From a virus, in IMG/VR virus record IMGVR_UViG_3300022925_000008, positions 32,001 to 96,000 of that record: 64,000 nt of DNA. The stretch is one strand, 5' to 3'. The notes beneath the pieces were generated by a model, which searched no databases, had not been told where the DNA came from, and was given only the letters and a program-made list of their open reading frames with translations. Made by a program: the position numbers and the translations under genes. Below, one piece after another: positions 61,410-64,000 of this stretch; positions within the stretch are counted from its first letter, which is position 1, and each line of letters starts with the position of its first letter.

Positions 61410-63845
61410 CTAGAAATAATCATCAAGGGTTGCTTTTGGTTCATCTTCCCATCCTATAGCTTCTAGGATAGGTTTGAGTGGATCTAAAAAACTTTTGTCA
61501 TACATTGTATCATAATCAACGTAACGGTGCAGTTTAAGTTCTGTTGGTAGTCTTTCGGGGAAAGAAATAATATTCTCTCTGATGTGGTTGGGGGTTTTGA
61601 GATAAAGATATTTAATCTTTGTACCATCATCAATCATTTCGTATTTTTTCTCGATCCCTTCTTTCTTGACGTGGTAATTATATAGTAATGCACCACGAGA
61701 ATGCATTGGTGTGCCCTTACCATAAATCATTTGGCGGTCTTGGTATTTCTTTATCGCTCTTACTGTACGGGGAAATGCTATTTTTTCTGGTTCAAGTGTT
61801 CTGAATTCTGACCGAAAATCTCGAATAAATTTCTGAGCATCTTTTTCTTGACCATTTAGCAAAACATTAAAAACTTCTTTAAACTTATCGCGACAGATCT
61901 GAGGCGTCGAAGATTTTATTGCTTCAATCCCCATAATCTTGAGCTTGGGTTCATCGTACTGTACACCTTCTGAATTATGCACCTGAAGAATGTATCGTTT
62001 CTTGGCAGTCCAGATACCACGATCAGCGATTACCTCTCGCTTCATTACCATTCTATTCTCATAGGCATTGGTTTCAATTGCTTGATACTTGTACGCGCTG
62101 GCAATTGTTTTCTCGAAATGCTCACAAACATGGTCAAGAAATTTGACGGGGTTGGCGGGGCGATGCTCTTTAACCAAATCGTTCATATTGATATATACTG
62201 AATCAGTATCAATGGCAATGACGTAATCTTTCTTAGTACCGAGCAGAGTTTGTAACTCATCGTTTACTGCTTTCTCGGCACACAATATTGCCCGTTGACC
62301 CGAGGTAGTAATCGCCTCAGCGATCTTAAGATCAAAATATCTAAAGTATTGATTAGCGAGTGCACCATAAAGAGAGTTCATAAGAATCTTCACTGCCATC
62401 TGAGTATTATCTTGAATGGTCACTTCGTTGGCAAGTCGTTTGGTGGGGTTCTTGTTATATTCTTTCTGTGCGTCGAGCATTTTATTTTTGGCGGTCACTC
62501 GATCACCATAAAACTTTTTGATTACCTTCGGTATGATACCTTCAATATCTTTTCGGTAACGACTACCGTTTGCCGCCATTGTGAAGTCGCCTTCTTCCTC
62601 GTATGTAAGGGTCTCTGGTGACATGTTATACTGCACAATAATATTAGGATAAAGAGAATTCAAATCAAAAGAACAAACCCATTCATGCATACCAATCTGA
62701 GGTTCTTTGACATATCCGCCAACGATATTCTCTTTCTCTTTATATTCTTTGGGCGGAACAATGATATTTTCTTTTAGGAGTTCATTGTAAATAACAGAGT
62801 CCCATATAGTCGTTGTTCCAAACGCATCATTATAATTACATTTTGCTTTGTACGCCATAGTCATAGCGAGAGTAATCAATCCCATTTTCTCTTCAAGGCG
62901 ATCAACAAGTTCAACATCTTTAATGTTATAGTCAATAAACTTCTGATGGTCTTCGCGATATAGGTTATGCAAATTACCAAATTCTTCGTAAGATAATTTA
63001 TTTTCGCCAAGAACCTGATATGCAATATGGTCCAATTTGAATGATTCTTGTTGCCCGTAAGTTAACACACCAAATTTTTGAAATAGATCATAGTAGTCTA
63101 AACTGGCAATGCCTTCAATTTCATAAGTGATTGCGTCTTGCCCCATGCGAGTGTGAAACTTACGTTCCTTAACCAAACCCCATGGCGAAAGTTTCTTGAC
63201 GCAATCATTACCTAACAAACTACCAATGCGGTTCACTAGATATGGAATGTCAAACAATTTTGTATTCCACCCAGTTATGACGTCAGGGCAGTTCTCGTGT
63301 GTTGCCCACCAGTCAGTAAACTTTAGAAGCAAATCAACCTCGGAAGTTGCCTGATAATATGCCACTGTTTTGTCAGAAAGGGTGTTATCATATTCACCCA
63401 GACCCCACACGTAGAAAGTGTCAGAAAGATTAGACTTGCAACCAATTGCGGTAACTTCGTGCTTTGCTTCTTCTGGGTTTGGAAACCCCTGATCAGATTG
63501 AACCTCGATATCAACGCTCATCACATTAATCTTATCTCGGTCAAACTTTATTTCGTATGGGTATTTCTCTGCCAAATATTGTGTGACAAAATTAGTCATA
63601 CCATATATGGTAAAGTTTGTCACGTCTTGATAACGCTTGATAAAATCAGACGCTTCTCTGAGAGAGTCAAACTCTACGGGTTCAACCATATTCCCATAAA
63701 GGGATTTGTATTTACCGTTCGCTTTGGGCGTTTCAATAAACAGTTTGGGTTTGAATGGGATTTTCTGGGAAATTTTTTTGCCGTCTTTATATCCTCGAAA
63801 AAGAATATTATTTCCTACGCGGCACACATTGGTATAAAAATTCAT
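61410..63845 (-). CDS. 43: T4 gp43-type family B DNA polymerase
   Basis: DIE exonuclease I, GWN..FD.PY, SFDLNSLYP, K..MNSLYG, DTDS, KKRY. Confidence 0.98.
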   Translation of the reverse strand: MNFYTNVCRVGNNILFRGYKDGKKISQKIPFKPKLFIETPKANGKYKSLYGNMVEPVEFDSLREASDFIKRYQDVTNFTIYGMTNFVTQYLAEKYPYEIKFDRDKINVMSVDIEVQSDQGFPNPEEAKHEVTAIGCKSNLSDTFYVWGLGEYDNTLSDKTVAYYQATSEVDLLLKFTDWWATHENCPDVITGWNTKLFDIPYLVNRIGSLLGNDCVKKLSPWGLVKERKFHTRMGQDAITYEIEGIASLDYYDLFQKFGVLTYGQQESFKLDHIAYQVLGENKLSYEEFGNLHNLYREDHQKFIDYNIKDVELVDRLEEKMGLITLAMTMAYKAKCNYNDAFGTTTIWDSVIYNELLKENIIVPPKEYKEKENIVGGYVKEPQIGMHEWVCSFDLNSLYPNIIVQYNMSPETLTYEEEGDFTMAANGSRYRKDIEGIIPKVIKKFYGDRVTAKNKMLDAQKEYNKNPTKRLANEVTIQDNTQMAVKILMNSLYGALANQYFRYFDLKIAEAITTSGQRAILCAEKAVNDELQTLLGTKKDYVIAIDTDSVYINMNDLVKEHRPANPVKFLDHVCEHFEKTIASAYKYQAIETNAYENRMVMKREVIADRGIWTAKKRYILQVHNSEGVQYDEPKLKIMGIEAIKSSTPQICRDKFKEVFNVLLNGQEKDAQKFIRDFRSEFRTLEPEKIAFPRTVRAIKKYQDRQMIYGKGTPMHSRGALLYNYHVKKEGIEKKYEMIDDGTKIKYLYLKTPNHIRENIISFPERLPTELKLHRYVDYDTMYDKSFLDPLKPILEAIGWEDEPKATLDDYF

Positions 63846-63933
63846 AGAGTAATTCTACTACATTATATAATGAGAAACAAGTGGTCCGGACGTTTTTTTT
63901 TATTAGGGAAAACGCCGGCAAAACCTTATTAGA

Positions 63934-63999
63934 TTACATCAAATAATCTGCCGTGAAAGGCATCGGCACCATCTGATGTTGCTCAGGAGTATAAAAGAA
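63934..63999 (-). CDS. C-terminus of a gene truncated by window edge
   Basis: ...FFYTPEQHQMVPMPFTADYLM stop. Confidence 0.3.
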   Translation of the reverse strand, partial: FFYTPEQHQMVPMPFTADYLM

Positions 64000-64000
64000 T

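Noticed and set aside
549-63932. Plus-strand ORFs in the track (e.g. 42186-42758, 48849-49334, 49241-49720, 63459-63932, 29056-29472)
   Set aside because: All lie antisense to well-supported minus-strand genes, lack RBS and recognisable motifs; treated as shadow ORFs
63846-63933. Short palindromes upstream of gp43 as autogenous operator
   Set aside because: No convincing stem-loop near the RBS could be established by eye

Overview
64 kb from the genome of a T4-like (Tevenvirinae-type, probably marine) myovirus of a Gram-negative, likely gammaproteobacterial host. Essentially every real gene is on the minus strand. From the right end: core replication genes (gp43 DNA polymerase B, a primase-polymerase-like gene, UvsX, gp41 helicase). 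Next is a candidate DNA base-hypermodification locus: TET/JBP dioxygenase, P-loop kinase, amino-acid:DNA transferase-like protein, GNAT, amidoligase, class II glutamine amidotransferase and Dam. An early-gene region of tiny ORFs is driven by a repeated promoter carrying an IHF-consensus site. A late region (TATAAATA promoters) holds many proteins with T4 capsid-targeting-like N-termini, a Sec-exported fimbrial-like operon, a small outer-membrane barrel, a lipase, IscU and overlapped spanins. Then come class II RNR, PhoH, lysozyme, a ~8 kb glycan-biosynthesis island (gmd, GTs, methyltransferase), two tRNAs, ThyX and a partial pyrimidine-dimer glycosylase. Family assignments are from motif recognition by eye; no database searches were run.
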